NCBI GenBank assembly: GCA_963662405.2
Contig: CAXXKT010000001.1
Location: 1,056,001-1,120,000 of the forward strand
Source of the DNA: Syntrophales bacterium
GTDB taxonomy: Bacteria > Desulfobacterota > Syntrophia > Syntrophales > UBA2210
Length of the DNA: 64,000 bases
Direction: 5' to 3'
Below are positions 40,527-50,769 of this stretch, in pieces. Below the pieces are notes generated by a model. The model did not search any database. It worked only from the letters and a program-made list of their open reading frames with translations, and was not told where the DNA came from. Position numbers and translations under genes: made by a program. How positions within the stretch are numbered: the stretch's first letter is position 1; every line of letters begins with the position of its first letter.

Positions 40527-40878
40527 TCTCTCGTCTCCTTAGAATTAGTAGATTTTTCTCTCCTGTACCCGCACCGAATTCCGTATCACAAATTGAAAAA
40601 AGTTCAAAGAGGAAACAACCAATCTTTCATCCCGGAAATCGGCGAGGGTTTCATCCTGCGAATCTCCCGTTTGAAGAAGCGGGATGTCGCTTGTTTTCCC
40701 GCTTGACTTTGCTTGTCAAATAGGAATAATCACATACATATAGCACGCGGTGGGTCGTTGTTTAGGCCGCGTCGCTTCTCATATGTGAATGGGCAGATCC
40801 CGTCAGGGGGAACGGGATGCGCTGCTCTTCTGTTAAGCAATCATCTTCAATACACCCATCTTCGTCAAGGAGGGGCCT

Positions 40879-42663
40879 ATGAATGCAAACGCGGGTAAGC
40901 TGTTTAGCGGTTTGATGGTTTTCGCCCTGGCGCTGATTCTGGGGGGAGGTTTCCTGGCCTCCATGATTCAGACAGGCGGTGGAGATATTGAAGTCAAAGA
41001 TGTACGGTGTGTCGGGCAGAACGGCAGACTGGTCAGCGCCCTGCTTTATATCCCGAAAGGGGTGGACCAGAAGAATCCCGCCCCGGGAATCGTTGCGACG
41101 CACGGCTACATCAACTCGCGCGAGACACAGGATGGCTTCGCCATTGAGTTCGCGCGCCGCGGCTACGTAGTCCTGGCCGTCGACCAACCGGGACACGGCT
41201 ATTCGGACCCGCCGGCCTTCGCCAGCGGCTTCGGCGGGATGGACTCGCTGAAATATCTCCGCTCCTTCGATATCGTCGACAAGGACAATATCGGCCTTGA
41301 GGGGCATTCCATGGGCGGATGGGCCTCCGTCATCGCCGCCGCCGTCAATCCGGGGGGGTATCAGTCCCTGACCCTGGCGAGTTCGTCCACCGGGACCTAT
41401 GGGGCACCTGACGGGACCGCGACCTTTCCGCGCAACATGGCACTCATATTCAGCAGGTATGACGAATTCTCCGGACTGATGTGGGGGAGCCCCGTTCCGG
41501 CGGATGTCGTGAAGACGGAAAAGCTGCAGACAGTCTTCGGGACGACCGAACCGGTGGAAGTGGGCAAACTTTACGGTTCCATTGAAGAAGGGACCGCCCG
41601 GAAGCTGTACCAGCCGAACCTGATTCACCCCCGCACCCATTTCTGCTCGGAGTCGATCGGGAACGCCATCGAGTGGATGCAGATGACACTGAAAGGGGGC
41701 ACAGATATTCCCCCCGCTGATCAGACCTGGTACTGGAAGGAACTCGGGACCTTCATCGCCATGATCGGGATGATCCTCATGCTCTTTCCGCTGGGGAGGT
41801 ATCTCCTCGGGACAGCGTTCTTCAGGGAACTGAACGAAGCCCCCTCCGGGCGCAAGGCACTCTCCGGGTGGGGATGGGGGGTTGGCGCGGTGATCACGGT
41901 TCTCCTCCCGATCCCGGTTTATCTGTGGGCCTGGAGTTTCAACGGCAAGGGGATCGCGAAGGCCACCTATCTCTGGCCGCAGGAGATTACGACGACCATC
42001 ATGTTCTGGGCCTTTACCGTGGGGGTGATCTCTCTGATCCTGTTCCTGTTGTGGCACCTCCTCGGCAACAGGAAGAAGGGGGGCACCATGGCGAGTTATG
42101 GCCTGTCCTGGCAGGATGGTTTACAATGGGGACGGATCGGCAAGTCCTTTCTCCTGGCCTTCGTGGTGGTATTCTTCGCCCACCTCACGCTCATGATCTC
42201 TGACTGGCTGTTCCTGACGGACTACCGCCTCTGGATCTTTGCCATCAAGCCGCTGGATGAGCCCCACTTCGCCATGGTATTGAACTACATAATCCCCTTT
42301 GCCTTCTATTTCCTGATTGCCGGTACCGTCCTCCACGGTCAGCTGCGCCTCGGCCGGAAGGACGGCGGTGACCTGACCGGCTGGGGGGAGATGGCAGTGA
42401 ATATCATCCTCCTCATCGGCGGCTATATCCTGTTCCTCATCTTCCAGTATGCCCCGCTTTTCGGGGGCGGGACGCTGGCGATCCCCGAGGGGCACCTCCT
42501 GGGGATCGTCCTGTGCCAGTTTGTCCCGATCTTCATGATCGTGGCGCTGGTTTCGACCTATTTCTACCGAAAGACCGGTCACATATATGTCGGCGCGTTT
42601 ATCAACGCCATGCTGGTAACCTGGATCGTGGTGGCGGGGCAGGCGACCCACTTCGCCTTCTAG
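40879..42663 (+). CDS. Alpha/beta hydrolase fused to a multi-pass membrane domain
   Basis: N-terminal TM/signal, HGY oxyanion region, GHSMGG nucleophile elbow, then roughly 8 hydrophobic helices. Confidence 0.85.
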   Translation: MNANAGKLFSGLMVFALALILGGGFLASMIQTGGGDIEVKDVRCVGQNGRLVSALLYIPKGVDQKNPAPGIVATHGYINSRETQDGFAIEFARRGYVVLAVDQPGHGYSDPPAFASGFGGMDSLKYLRSFDIVDKDNIGLEGHSMGGWASVIAAAVNPGGYQSLTLASSSTGTYGAPDGTATFPRNMALIFSRYDEFSGLMWGSPVPADVVKTEKLQTVFGTTEPVEVGKLYGSIEEGTARKLYQPNLIHPRTHFCSESIGNAIEWMQMTLKGGTDIPPADQTWYWKELGTFIAMIGMILMLFPLGRYLLGTAFFRELNEAPSGRKALSGWGWGVGAVITVLLPIPVYLWAWSFNGKGIAKATYLWPQEITTTIMFWAFTVGVISLILFLLWHLLGNRKKGGTMASYGLSWQDGLQWGRIGKSFLLAFVVVFFAHLTLMISDWLFLTDYRLWIFAIKPLDEPHFAMVLNYIIPFAFYFLIAGTVLHGQLRLGRKDGGDLTGWGEMAVNIILLIGGYILFLIFQYAPLFGGGTLAIPEGHLLGIVLCQFVPIFMIVALVSTYFYRKTGHIYVGAFINAMLVTWIVVAGQATHFAF

Positions 42664-42797
42664 GAAAGGGACAGGGATAAACGATCAACACACAATCGGT
42701 GCCGTAACCAAATAGAACGGGGGCTCCTACATGGTGCCCCCGTTCCCTCCAGCTGCAGCGTCAAGTCCTTGTTTCAAAAATTGCATCGCCTTTGTTT

Positions 42798-42839
42798 CAC
42801 GACGCATCCCCCTTCTTCACGGGAAAGGGATGCGTCGTG
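42798..42839. terminator. Hairpin between convergent genes
   Basis: CACGACGCATCCC...GGGATGCGTCGTG 13-bp inverted repeat; a second hairpin (GAACGGGGGC/GCCCCCGTTC) lies at about 42716-42745. Confidence 0.6.
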
Positions 42840-42858
42840 TTGAACGCGGTCGCTTGTG

Positions 42859-44532
42859 TTATTTCACCTTTTCTATCTTGATCAGACCACGGTTCGCCGT
42901 CGTCAGATAGATGTCCCCCTTGCCGCATACCGTCATGGGCGAGGGGAATTCGATGACCGGATAGCTCCCGATGGGGCTGTAGCTGACCGGGACGTCTTTC
43001 GCGATCAGGTCGAGCGCCAGGGTCTTTGGATTGATCCTGACAATCTTCTGGCCGGCGCCGTCGAGGACGAGCAGATTTCCCTTACCGTCACCCGCGAGGG
43101 CGACCGGTTTCCCGACCATTGAGGAGACCAGTACAGACTTCTTCCCCGAAGCGGGGTCAACTATGCTGATCCGTCCCGGTTTCGCCTCCGCCACATACAG
43201 GGCCCCGTCGATCAGGGCCAGCGCGAGGGGACCTTCCAGGTCCTTGGTGAGAACGGTTTTCGCGCCGTCGGTGAGACTGACCGCCGTGATCTGCCCTCCG
43301 GCATATTCGGCAACAAAGAGTTTTGACCCATCGCCGCTCATGAGCGCCGCTGCAGGGCGGTTCAGACCGCCGGCAACAGGCTTGAATTCTCCCGTCGCCG
43401 GGTTGCCGATGGCCACGGCGCCGTGAATGCAATCGGTCCAGAAGAGTTGATCGCCCGGCCCATCCGTCAGACTCAAGGTCAGAGGCATCCCGTGCGAGGC
43501 CCAGGCGTTCAGCTTGGTATAGTTGTATTTCCCGTCCGTTGCGTTCCGTATCATGATGGCATCGGCAACGAATATCGTCCCCTTCTTGACGACAAGGCCG
43601 AGGGGCTGGTTCGGGCCCGCAGGAAAGAGCTGTTTATAGGTGCCGCTCCCGTCGGTGGCGACCTCGTAGATCGTGGCGTTCCAGTAGCTGGTGACGAAGA
43701 GGCGACCTTCTTTCGTAATGGCCACGTTGTCCAGACCCGGGGGCAACTGGGCGAGTTTTTCCACCTTCGAACCGTCGAGACTCACCCGGTACACCACCCC
43801 GGAAAGGGTGGGGACATAGATCTTCTTCTCCGGGCCGATCGTCAGGGCGATACAGGAGGCGATCTTTTCCGCCACGGTGCTGATGGCGCCCGTATCGGGA
43901 TGTACCCTCAGGATCATCCCCGTCCCCAGGTCGGGGATGATCAGGTCGTTCGTATCGGGATCGAAATCGAAGCCCTCCGGGACGGGGATGATATCTTTAT
44001 CGATGAGAAGCCGCGCCTCCTTTTCCCCGGTGGGGTCGACTTCATAGACACGGTTTCCCTGAAAACACTCCGTAACGAAGAGTCGTCCCGTGCGTTTGTT
44101 ATATTCGATCCCGTTCGGGGCCGCCATCCCGTCGGCGATAATCGTCCGCACCCCGTTTTTATCGATTCGGTACACCTCCCCCACCAGCGGCGTCGTCCCC
44201 GTCGCGTAGATGTTTCCCTTGTCGTCTGCCGCGATATCGTCAATGATATATGACGCCTGGTACGGTTTGACGAAGGGCTCCGGTTTCATCGTCTTCAGGC
44301 TTATCTTCGTAATCGTGCCGTTCCCCGTGTGGCTCACATAGAGATCCCCGTCGGGACCGATGGTCGCGCCGTTCACCCCGGGAAACGGCGTGTCGCCAAT
44401 CAGCCTCACCGCCTGATAGCCCTTGTCCAGAACGGTTATCCCCTCCGCAAAGACCGTCCCGGACATGGCAAACGCATAGATTACACACACGGAAATGAAA
44501 GATACTGCCCATCTCTTCTTGATATGTCTCAT
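42859..44532 (-). CDS. Exported double beta-propeller protein (SMP-30/gluconolactonase/NHL-like)
   Basis: Signal peptide ending VFA; repeated PNGI/PEGF/LDNVA/PLALA blades followed by LFV/LYV; GGAGG RBS before 44532. Confidence 0.8.
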   Translation of the reverse strand: MRHIKKRWAVSFISVCVIYAFAMSGTVFAEGITVLDKGYQAVRLIGDTPFPGVNGATIGPDGDLYVSHTGNGTITKISLKTMKPEPFVKPYQASYIIDDIAADDKGNIYATGTTPLVGEVYRIDKNGVRTIIADGMAAPNGIEYNKRTGRLFVTECFQGNRVYEVDPTGEKEARLLIDKDIIPVPEGFDFDPDTNDLIIPDLGTGMILRVHPDTGAISTVAEKIASCIALTIGPEKKIYVPTLSGVVYRVSLDGSKVEKLAQLPPGLDNVAITKEGRLFVTSYWNATIYEVATDGSGTYKQLFPAGPNQPLGLVVKKGTIFVADAIMIRNATDGKYNYTKLNAWASHGMPLTLSLTDGPGDQLFWTDCIHGAVAIGNPATGEFKPVAGGLNRPAAALMSGDGSKLFVAEYAGGQITAVSLTDGAKTVLTKDLEGPLALALIDGALYVAEAKPGRISIVDPASGKKSVLVSSMVGKPVALAGDGKGNLLVLDGAGQKIVRINPKTLALDLIAKDVPVSYSPIGSYPVIEFPSPMTVCGKGDIYLTTANRGLIKIEKVK

Positions 44533-45272
44533 ACGAATCCCTCCTTTGTGTGATGTTGCTGATGAACGGTATATGAAAAACGCTCCTCCTCTTTGCCGAA
44601 TGGAAGCGAATAGACCTTTCACCGGCGTGAGTCGGGCCAAAACCGTGCCGCCACGGTATCGAGCCGGTATATCCCCCGTTTATGAACGATACGCTCTCAT
44701 ACGATCTGGTTGTAAATTGTGGTGTCAACTGCTTTTTATATGACGACATGGAGTCAAAGAAACCTGACTACCCCCCTGTTTCCACTTATGTATAAAACGA
44801 TATGTCCGTATCGGAGAGGCCGGTTTCCGGAGGTGCAGGGCATCGACATGAGGTGGTGTGATAAACAAATTGCATATACGCAGGGACACACGCAATCAGC
44901 ACTGTTCAATCGGCAGGGTAAAGATGCCAAATTTTTATACGAGTTCTTGCCCGTACAACAAAATCTCACATCTTGATGTGGTTCAAGGTGACATAACTAC
45001 ACGAGAAAAGCAAGGACTGAGTATACGATCGAATATAAAAGGGAACGCTCGTGTTCTCCGAACCGGCACAACATCCTCATCACGGAAAAAACGAGGACCG
45101 GACATGCGGACAACTCGTTTCCCGATCGCCTGATACATCATTCGTTGATAAAAGAATTATGAGAGTGTATGCTTTTCCCTGTCTTCGCCTTGATACGATT
45201 CTTCACGATGTGACAAACAGCGGCGGGGGATTTCTTCCATTATTTTTGCCGGTTCTCCGAGGGGGGTAATCG

Positions 45273-46610
45273 ATGCAAAAGATCGTAGGTGCCGTCAAGC
45301 GTTTCGTCGATTTTATCAGGGGTGACGTCTGGCGGGTTCGTCTCAAGGACCTGCCGCGCAGACAATCCTTTCTTATCAAACAGTTGCGGGTCTTTCTCCT
45401 TTCGGTCCGCGGATTCGACGAGGACAAATGCCAGCTCCGGGCGTCGGCCCTCACCTTTTATTCCCTGATTTCCATTGTCCCCGTGGCGGCCATGGTCTTC
45501 GGCATCGCCAAAGGATTCGGTTTCGAGAAGCGTCTCCAGACACAGCTCCTGGAACAGTTCCAGGGGCAGGAGGAGGTGATTACGCGGGTCATCACCTTCG
45601 CCCAATCACTTCTCGCCAACACGAAAGGGGGGCTGATTGCCGGGATCGGTGTCGTCCTCCTCTTCTGGGCGGTCATCAAGGTTTTGGGGAATATCGAGGA
45701 ATCGTTCAACGATATCTGGGGGATACGAGAACAAAGGAGGCTGGGGAGAAAATTCAGCGACTACCTTTCCGTGATGCTCCTCGGCCCGATTCTCATGATC
45801 CTGTCGAGCAGTGCCACGGTCTTTATCACCACCCAGGTGACGCTGATCATGGAGAAGATCGCCCTCCTGGGGATTTTCAGTTCCCTGGTCTCGCTTGTCC
45901 TCACGCTGCTCCCCTACGGGATCGTCTGGGTCCTCTTCTCCTTCCTCTACATCTTCATGCCCAACACCCGGGTCAAATTCAGCTCGGGCATCATCGGCGG
46001 GATTATTGCCGGGACGATCTACCAGGTCGTCCAGTTCGGGTATATCACCTTCCAGGTGGGGGTCGCGAAGTACAACGCGATCTACGGGAGCTTCGCCGCC
46101 CTCCCCCTGTTTCTCATCTGGCTGCAGCTCAGCTGGTTGATCGTTCTCTTCGGGGCCGAATTCTCCTTCGCCCACCAGAATGTTGACACCTACGAGTTCG
46201 AACCCGATTCCCTCAAGATCAGCGGCACCTTCAAGCGGCTCCTCTCCCTACGGATCGCTCATCTCCTGGTCACGAACTTCGCCCAGGGGGAACGGCCGCT
46301 GACGGCGACACAGATATCACACCGTCTGGAGACACCGATCCGCCTGGTGCACCAGATCCTCTTTGAACTGACCGCCTCCGGGATCGTTTCCGACACCCGG
46401 ACGGAGGAATACAAAGAACCGGGCTACCAACCCGCCCGCGACATCAACACCCTCACCATACGGTTCATCATCGATGCCCTCGAAGATCAGGGAACGGACG
46501 CGATCCCCGTGGCCGAAACCGAAGAGGGGAAGGCCCTCTCCACGATACTGCAGACCTTCCGGGACGAGGTGGCACAATCCCCGTCGAACCGGCTGTTGAA
46601 GGACATATAG
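45273..46610 (+). CDS. YihY/virulence factor BrkB family membrane protein with C-terminal winged helix
   Basis: ASALTFYSLISIVP, IEESFNDIW, YNAIYGSFAALPLFLIWLQLSWLIVLFGAE, Rrf2-like tail (YQPARD). Confidence 0.9.
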   Translation: MQKIVGAVKRFVDFIRGDVWRVRLKDLPRRQSFLIKQLRVFLLSVRGFDEDKCQLRASALTFYSLISIVPVAAMVFGIAKGFGFEKRLQTQLLEQFQGQEEVITRVITFAQSLLANTKGGLIAGIGVVLLFWAVIKVLGNIEESFNDIWGIREQRRLGRKFSDYLSVMLLGPILMILSSSATVFITTQVTLIMEKIALLGIFSSLVSLVLTLLPYGIVWVLFSFLYIFMPNTRVKFSSGIIGGIIAGTIYQVVQFGYITFQVGVAKYNAIYGSFAALPLFLIWLQLSWLIVLFGAEFSFAHQNVDTYEFEPDSLKISGTFKRLLSLRIAHLLVTNFAQGERPLTATQISHRLETPIRLVHQILFELTASGIVSDTRTEEYKEPGYQPARDINTLTIRFIIDALEDQGTDAIPVAETEEGKALSTILQTFRDEVAQSPSNRLLKDI

Positions 46611-46683
46611 GAACAACAAATGGCCGGTCGTGGTATGTACAGGTCTGCACAGTTACACACTTGAATGAAAGGAGAGCGTTTCC

Positions 46684-48186
46684 ATGGGCGCGTTCAAGGA
46701 ATATGACACATACGACGGTCTCGGGATGGCCGAGCTCGTCAGGAAGAAGGACATTTCACCCGCGGAACTCTGCGAAGAGGCGATAGGGCGGATCGAACGG
46801 CTCAACCCCGCGCTGAACGCGGTCATCAATCCCATGTTCGATCTGGGGCGAAAGGATATCGAAAACGGTCTCCCCGACGGTCCCTTCAGCGGGGTTCCCT
46901 TTCTCCTGAAAGACCTGGTCGCGGCGTATGCCGGGGTCCCCATGACCGGCGGGAGCCGGGCGTATCGGAACTACGTCCCGGATGAGGACTGTGAACTGGT
47001 CACGCGGTTCAAGAAGGCCGGCGTCGTGATCATGGGAAAGACGAACTGCCCGGAATGGGGTCTCTTGGGGATCACCGAGCCGGAACTGTTCGGGCCGACC
47101 CGCAACCCCTGGAATACCGACCATACGCCGGGCGGTTCGAGCGGCGGCTCCGCGGCCGCCGTCGCGGGCGGGATGGTTCCCATCGCCTCGGGGGGAGACG
47201 GCGGCGGTTCCATCCGCATCCCCTCGTCGTGCTGCGCCCTCTTCGGTCTCAAACCGACACGGGGCCGCAACCCCACCGGCCCGGAACACGGCGCGATCTG
47301 GCAGGGCGCCGTCGTTGAACATATCATTACCCGTTCTGTCAGGGACAGCGCGGCCATGCTGGACGCGACCTGCGGGACCGATGTGGGGGCTCCCTATATC
47401 ATCCCCGTGCCGGAGCGGCCGTACAGGGAAGAAATCGAAAAAGAGCCGGGTCCGCTGAAGATAGCCTTCAATACCCGTTCACCCGTGGAAACCGAGGTAC
47501 ACCCCGAGTGCGTACAGGCCGTGGAGGAAACGGCCCGGCTCCTCGAAGGACTCGGGCACACGGTTGTGGAGGATCGTCCTGCTATCGACGGCAAGGCCCT
47601 GGCGACCAGCTACTTCACCATGTATATGGGCGAGATAGCGGCCGATATAGAGGAACTGGAGCCCATACTGGGCCGGAAGGCGAAAAAGAGTGATGTGGAG
47701 GCCCTGACATGGATCTTTAACCTTCTTGGCCGCGCCTATTCCGCGGGCTATTTCGTCGAACAGTTGCGCCAGTGGGGAATGGCCTCCCGGGCGATGGGGC
47801 GCTTTCATGAGCAGTATGACCTCTACCTCACGCCGACCACCGCCTCCCCTCCCGTCAGGGTGGGGGAACTGCAGCCGAAACCCGCCGAGCGTGCCCTCCT
47901 GGGCGTCGTGAATGCTCTGGGGGGATTGGGGGGAAAATTGTTGAAACTCTCCGGCGTCATGGAAACGATCGCGGTGGAGAGCCTGGCGAAGACCCCCTTC
48001 ACGCAACTGGCAAACTTCACCGGCCAGCCCGCGATGTCCGTCCCCCTGCACTGGACGGCAGAGGGCCTGCCCTGCGGGGTCCAGTTCATCGGACGGTTCG
48101 GAGACGAAGCGACGCTGTTCCGCCTGGCGGCCCAACTGGAACAGGCACAGCCCTGGTTCGATAAGAGGCCGCCGGTGGTTGGATAA
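46684..48186 (+). CDS. Amidase signature family enzyme
   Basis: GVPFLLKD, PGGSSGGSAAAV, DGGGSIRIPSS (Ser-cisSer-Lys triad). Confidence 0.94.
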   Translation: MGAFKEYDTYDGLGMAELVRKKDISPAELCEEAIGRIERLNPALNAVINPMFDLGRKDIENGLPDGPFSGVPFLLKDLVAAYAGVPMTGGSRAYRNYVPDEDCELVTRFKKAGVVIMGKTNCPEWGLLGITEPELFGPTRNPWNTDHTPGGSSGGSAAAVAGGMVPIASGGDGGGSIRIPSSCCALFGLKPTRGRNPTGPEHGAIWQGAVVEHIITRSVRDSAAMLDATCGTDVGAPYIIPVPERPYREEIEKEPGPLKIAFNTRSPVETEVHPECVQAVEETARLLEGLGHTVVEDRPAIDGKALATSYFTMYMGEIAADIEELEPILGRKAKKSDVEALTWIFNLLGRAYSAGYFVEQLRQWGMASRAMGRFHEQYDLYLTPTTASPPVRVGELQPKPAERALLGVVNALGGLGGKLLKLSGVMETIAVESLAKTPFTQLANFTGQPAMSVPLHWTAEGLPCGVQFIGRFGDEATLFRLAAQLEQAQPWFDKRPPVVG

Positions 48187-48392
48187 GTGCGGCTCGCGAA
48201 AATGCGCATTTGGTGAAGCGTGGCGGTTATAAAAAATCGTTGGGCGCTCGGCAATATGAATTCTCCAGCGGCTTGTTTCGACGCTTTCCTACTGTGTGTG
48301 CTGTTATTCAAAGAGGGGCATAGAGATCAGGTTACATTCGACACGCCTCGATATACTATTTTGTATAAATATCATTTCTGCATATTTTTCTC

Positions 48393-48436
48393 TTGACGAA
48401 ACCACCCTCCTTATTTATATTATGCTGTAACAGCAT
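48393..48436 (+). promoter_or_regulatory. Candidate sigma70 promoter and palindromic operator of the R-M operon
   Basis: TTGACG-N17-TATATT immediately followed by ATGCTGT-A-ACAGCAT. Confidence 0.6.
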
Positions 48437-48441
48437 TTCTG

Positions 48442-49038
48442 ATGAATAAAATGGAGCGGCCGGTGATAGTTCCATTAAAAGACATAGCATCGATTCAAAT
48501 GGGGTACTCATTCCGAAGTCGCCTTGAATCAAGTACTGCAGGGACGGTAGCCGTTCTCCAGATGAAGGATTTGACGGATCGGAACCATGTGGACAGAAGT
48601 GATCCGGTTTTTGTTGACATGGAGATCCCCGCCAAGCACCATCTGTTAAAAGAGGGAGATCTTATTTTCCGGTCCCGCGGTCTGTCATCAACATCGGCGA
48701 TTCTCGACGAAGATCCCGGTACGGCCGTGGTTTCAGCGCCCCTTTTGCGGATCAGGATTACAAGTCCCAATGTCCTGCCCGAATATCTCAACTGGTTTAT
48801 CAGCCAGCCTCCCGCGCAGGCCTTTTTTACGAGCCGGGCGGATGGCACGGCACAGAGAATAATCAACAAAGAAACATTGGAGCACCTCGAAGTGTTTGTT
48901 CCTCCTCTTGAGAAGCAAAAGATGATAATTGCGCTGGCTTCTCTGATGGATAGAGAACAGGAGATCATGAAAAAACTGGCGGCGAAACGCAGGCAATACA
49001 CTTCAGCGATCTTAATGCGTCTGGCAGAAGGAGAATAA
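48442..49038 (+). CDS. Half-size type I restriction specificity (HsdS-like) protein
   Basis: LKDIASIQMG, LKEGDLIF, PEYLNWFI, INKETLEHLEVFVPPLEKQ: one TRD plus one conserved helix. Confidence 0.82.
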   Translation: MNKMERPVIVPLKDIASIQMGYSFRSRLESSTAGTVAVLQMKDLTDRNHVDRSDPVFVDMEIPAKHHLLKEGDLIFRSRGLSSTSAILDEDPGTAVVSAPLLRIRITSPNVLPEYLNWFISQPPAQAFFTSRADGTAQRIINKETLEHLEVFVPPLEKQKMIIALASLMDREQEIMKKLAAKRRQYTSAILMRLAEGE

Positions 49039-49042
49039 TACG

Positions 49043-50599
49043 ATGACGGCGAAAAAAATCGATCAGAAAGACATCAACAATACGGCTTGGGCGGCCTGTG
49101 ACACCTTCCGGGGGGTTGTCGATCCGGCGCAGTACAAGGATTACATCCTGGTCATGCTCTTTTTGAAATATATTTCCGATGTCTGGAAAGATCACTATGA
49201 AAAATATCGCGACCAATATGGCGACGACGATGTCCGTATCCGCCGCAAGCTTGGACGCGAGCGCTTTGTCCTGCCCTATGCGGAGCTGAAGGATCACAAT
49301 ACCGGTGCGGTGGAGGATCGATTCCTCGCCGACTATTACAGTCTCTATGAACGCCGTAGCGCGCCGAATATCGGCGAACTGATCAATATCGTACTGGACG
49401 CGGTCGAGGAGGCGAACAAGGCAAAGCTGGAAGGGGTCTTTCGCAACATAGATTTCAACAGCGAAAATCTCGGCAAAACGAAAGAACGAAACCGCCGCCT
49501 GAAAAACCTTCTGGAGGATTTTCACAAGCCCCAGTTGAACATGAGCCCCAGCAAGGTCTCGGAGGATGTAATCGGCAATACATACATCTACCTGATTGAA
49601 CGTTTTGCCGCCGACGCAGGAAAGAAGGCCGGAGAATTCTATACCCCGCACAAGGTCTCCGAACTGGTTGCCAAGCTGGCCGCACCGCAAAAGGGTAACC
49701 GCATCTGTGACCCGGCCTGCGGTTCCGGCGGACTTTTGATCGAGGCTTCCAGAGCGGTCAACGATCGCGATTTTGCCCTCTTCGGGATGGAATCCAACGG
49801 CAGCACCTGGGCGCTGGCGCGGATGAACATGTTCCTGCACGGGGCCGACTCAGCCCGCATCGAATGGTGCGACACCCTCAACAGCCCCGCGCTGGTGGAA
49901 AAGGACCGACTGATGAAATTCGACAGAGTCGTTGCCAATCCGCCCTTCTCTCTCGACAAGTGGGGGGCCGAAGAGGCGCAGAACGATCGGTATAACCGCT
50001 TCTGGCGGGGGGTGCCTCCGAAAAGCAAAGGCGACTGGGCATTCATCAGCCACATGATCGAGGCTGCCATCGAAAAAGAGGGGCGTGTGGCCGTCGTGGT
50101 TCCCCACGGTGTCCTTTTCCGCGGGGCTGCCGAGGGACGTATCCGGACGCACGTGATAGAAGAAAATCTTTTGGATGCCGTCGTCGGCCTGCCGGGCAAT
50201 CTCTTTCCCACCACCTCGATTCCCGTCGCCATCCTGGTCTTTGACCGAAGCCGCGAAAAAGGCGGCCCTCAGGAGTCCCGCAGGGATGTGATCTTTGTCG
50301 ATGCTGGCCGCGATTATCTGCCCGGTAAAAATCGGAATGCCCTTTCCGACGAGCATATCAAGAAGATCATCGAAACCGTCACGGCCCGGCAAGATGTCGA
50401 AAAATATGCCCACGTGGCGACATTCGAGGAAATCAGGGAAAACGATTTCAACCTCAATATCCCCCGCTATGTGGACACCTTCGAGGAAGAGGAAGAGATC
50501 GACATCGACGCCGTTCAGAAAGAAATCGACCAGTTGGAAAGCGAGCTGATCGACGTGCGGGCGAAGATGGCAAAGATGCTCCAAGAGATCGAGCAATGA
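49043..50599 (+). CDS. hsdM: Type I R-M methyltransferase subunit
   Basis: GEFYTP, DPACGSGG (motif I), VANPPF (motif IV, m6A), PHGVLFRG, FNLNIPRYVD. Confidence 0.96.
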   Translation: MTAKKIDQKDINNTAWAACDTFRGVVDPAQYKDYILVMLFLKYISDVWKDHYEKYRDQYGDDDVRIRRKLGRERFVLPYAELKDHNTGAVEDRFLADYYSLYERRSAPNIGELINIVLDAVEEANKAKLEGVFRNIDFNSENLGKTKERNRRLKNLLEDFHKPQLNMSPSKVSEDVIGNTYIYLIERFAADAGKKAGEFYTPHKVSELVAKLAAPQKGNRICDPACGSGGLLIEASRAVNDRDFALFGMESNGSTWALARMNMFLHGADSARIEWCDTLNSPALVEKDRLMKFDRVVANPPFSLDKWGAEEAQNDRYNRFWRGVPPKSKGDWAFISHMIEAAIEKEGRVAVVVPHGVLFRGAAEGRIRTHVIEENLLDAVVGLPGNLFPTTSIPVAILVFDRSREKGGPQESRRDVIFVDAGRDYLPGKNRNALSDEHIKKIIETVTARQDVEKYAHVATFEEIRENDFNLNIPRYVDTFEEEEEIDIDAVQKEIDQLESELIDVRAKMAKMLQEIEQ

Positions 50600-50769
50600 G
50601 ACGCAGCCGGATTCACTCTACGCAATCTTGCGCACACAACCATGTCGAGGATGTCCTCGAAATGGCCAAATCTCCTCGGCAGACATTGGATAACCGCTCC
50701 TTTGACCATTTTTACCATGCGGTAAAAATGGTTGTGAACGAAATTCAGACTGCAACAGGAGGAATGTAA
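50596..50769 (+). CDS. 57-aa small ORF (possible DinD-like remnant) coupled to hsdM and rhuM
   Basis: ATGA overlap with the hsdM stop; its TAA directly abuts the next ATG. Translates to MRRSRIHSTQSCAHNHVEDVLEMAKSPRQTLDNRSFDHFYHAVKMVVNEIQTATGGM. Confidence 0.4.
   Translation: MRRSRIHSTQSCAHNHVEDVLEMAKSPRQTLDNRSFDHFYHAVKMVVNEIQTATGGM

Noticed and set aside
44635..44651. GG-N10-GC sigma54-like site (GCGGCACGGTTTTGGCC, minus strand) upstream of the beta-propeller gene
   Set aside because: Spacing fits but both half-sites deviate from consensus and no activator gene is nearby; too weak to call.
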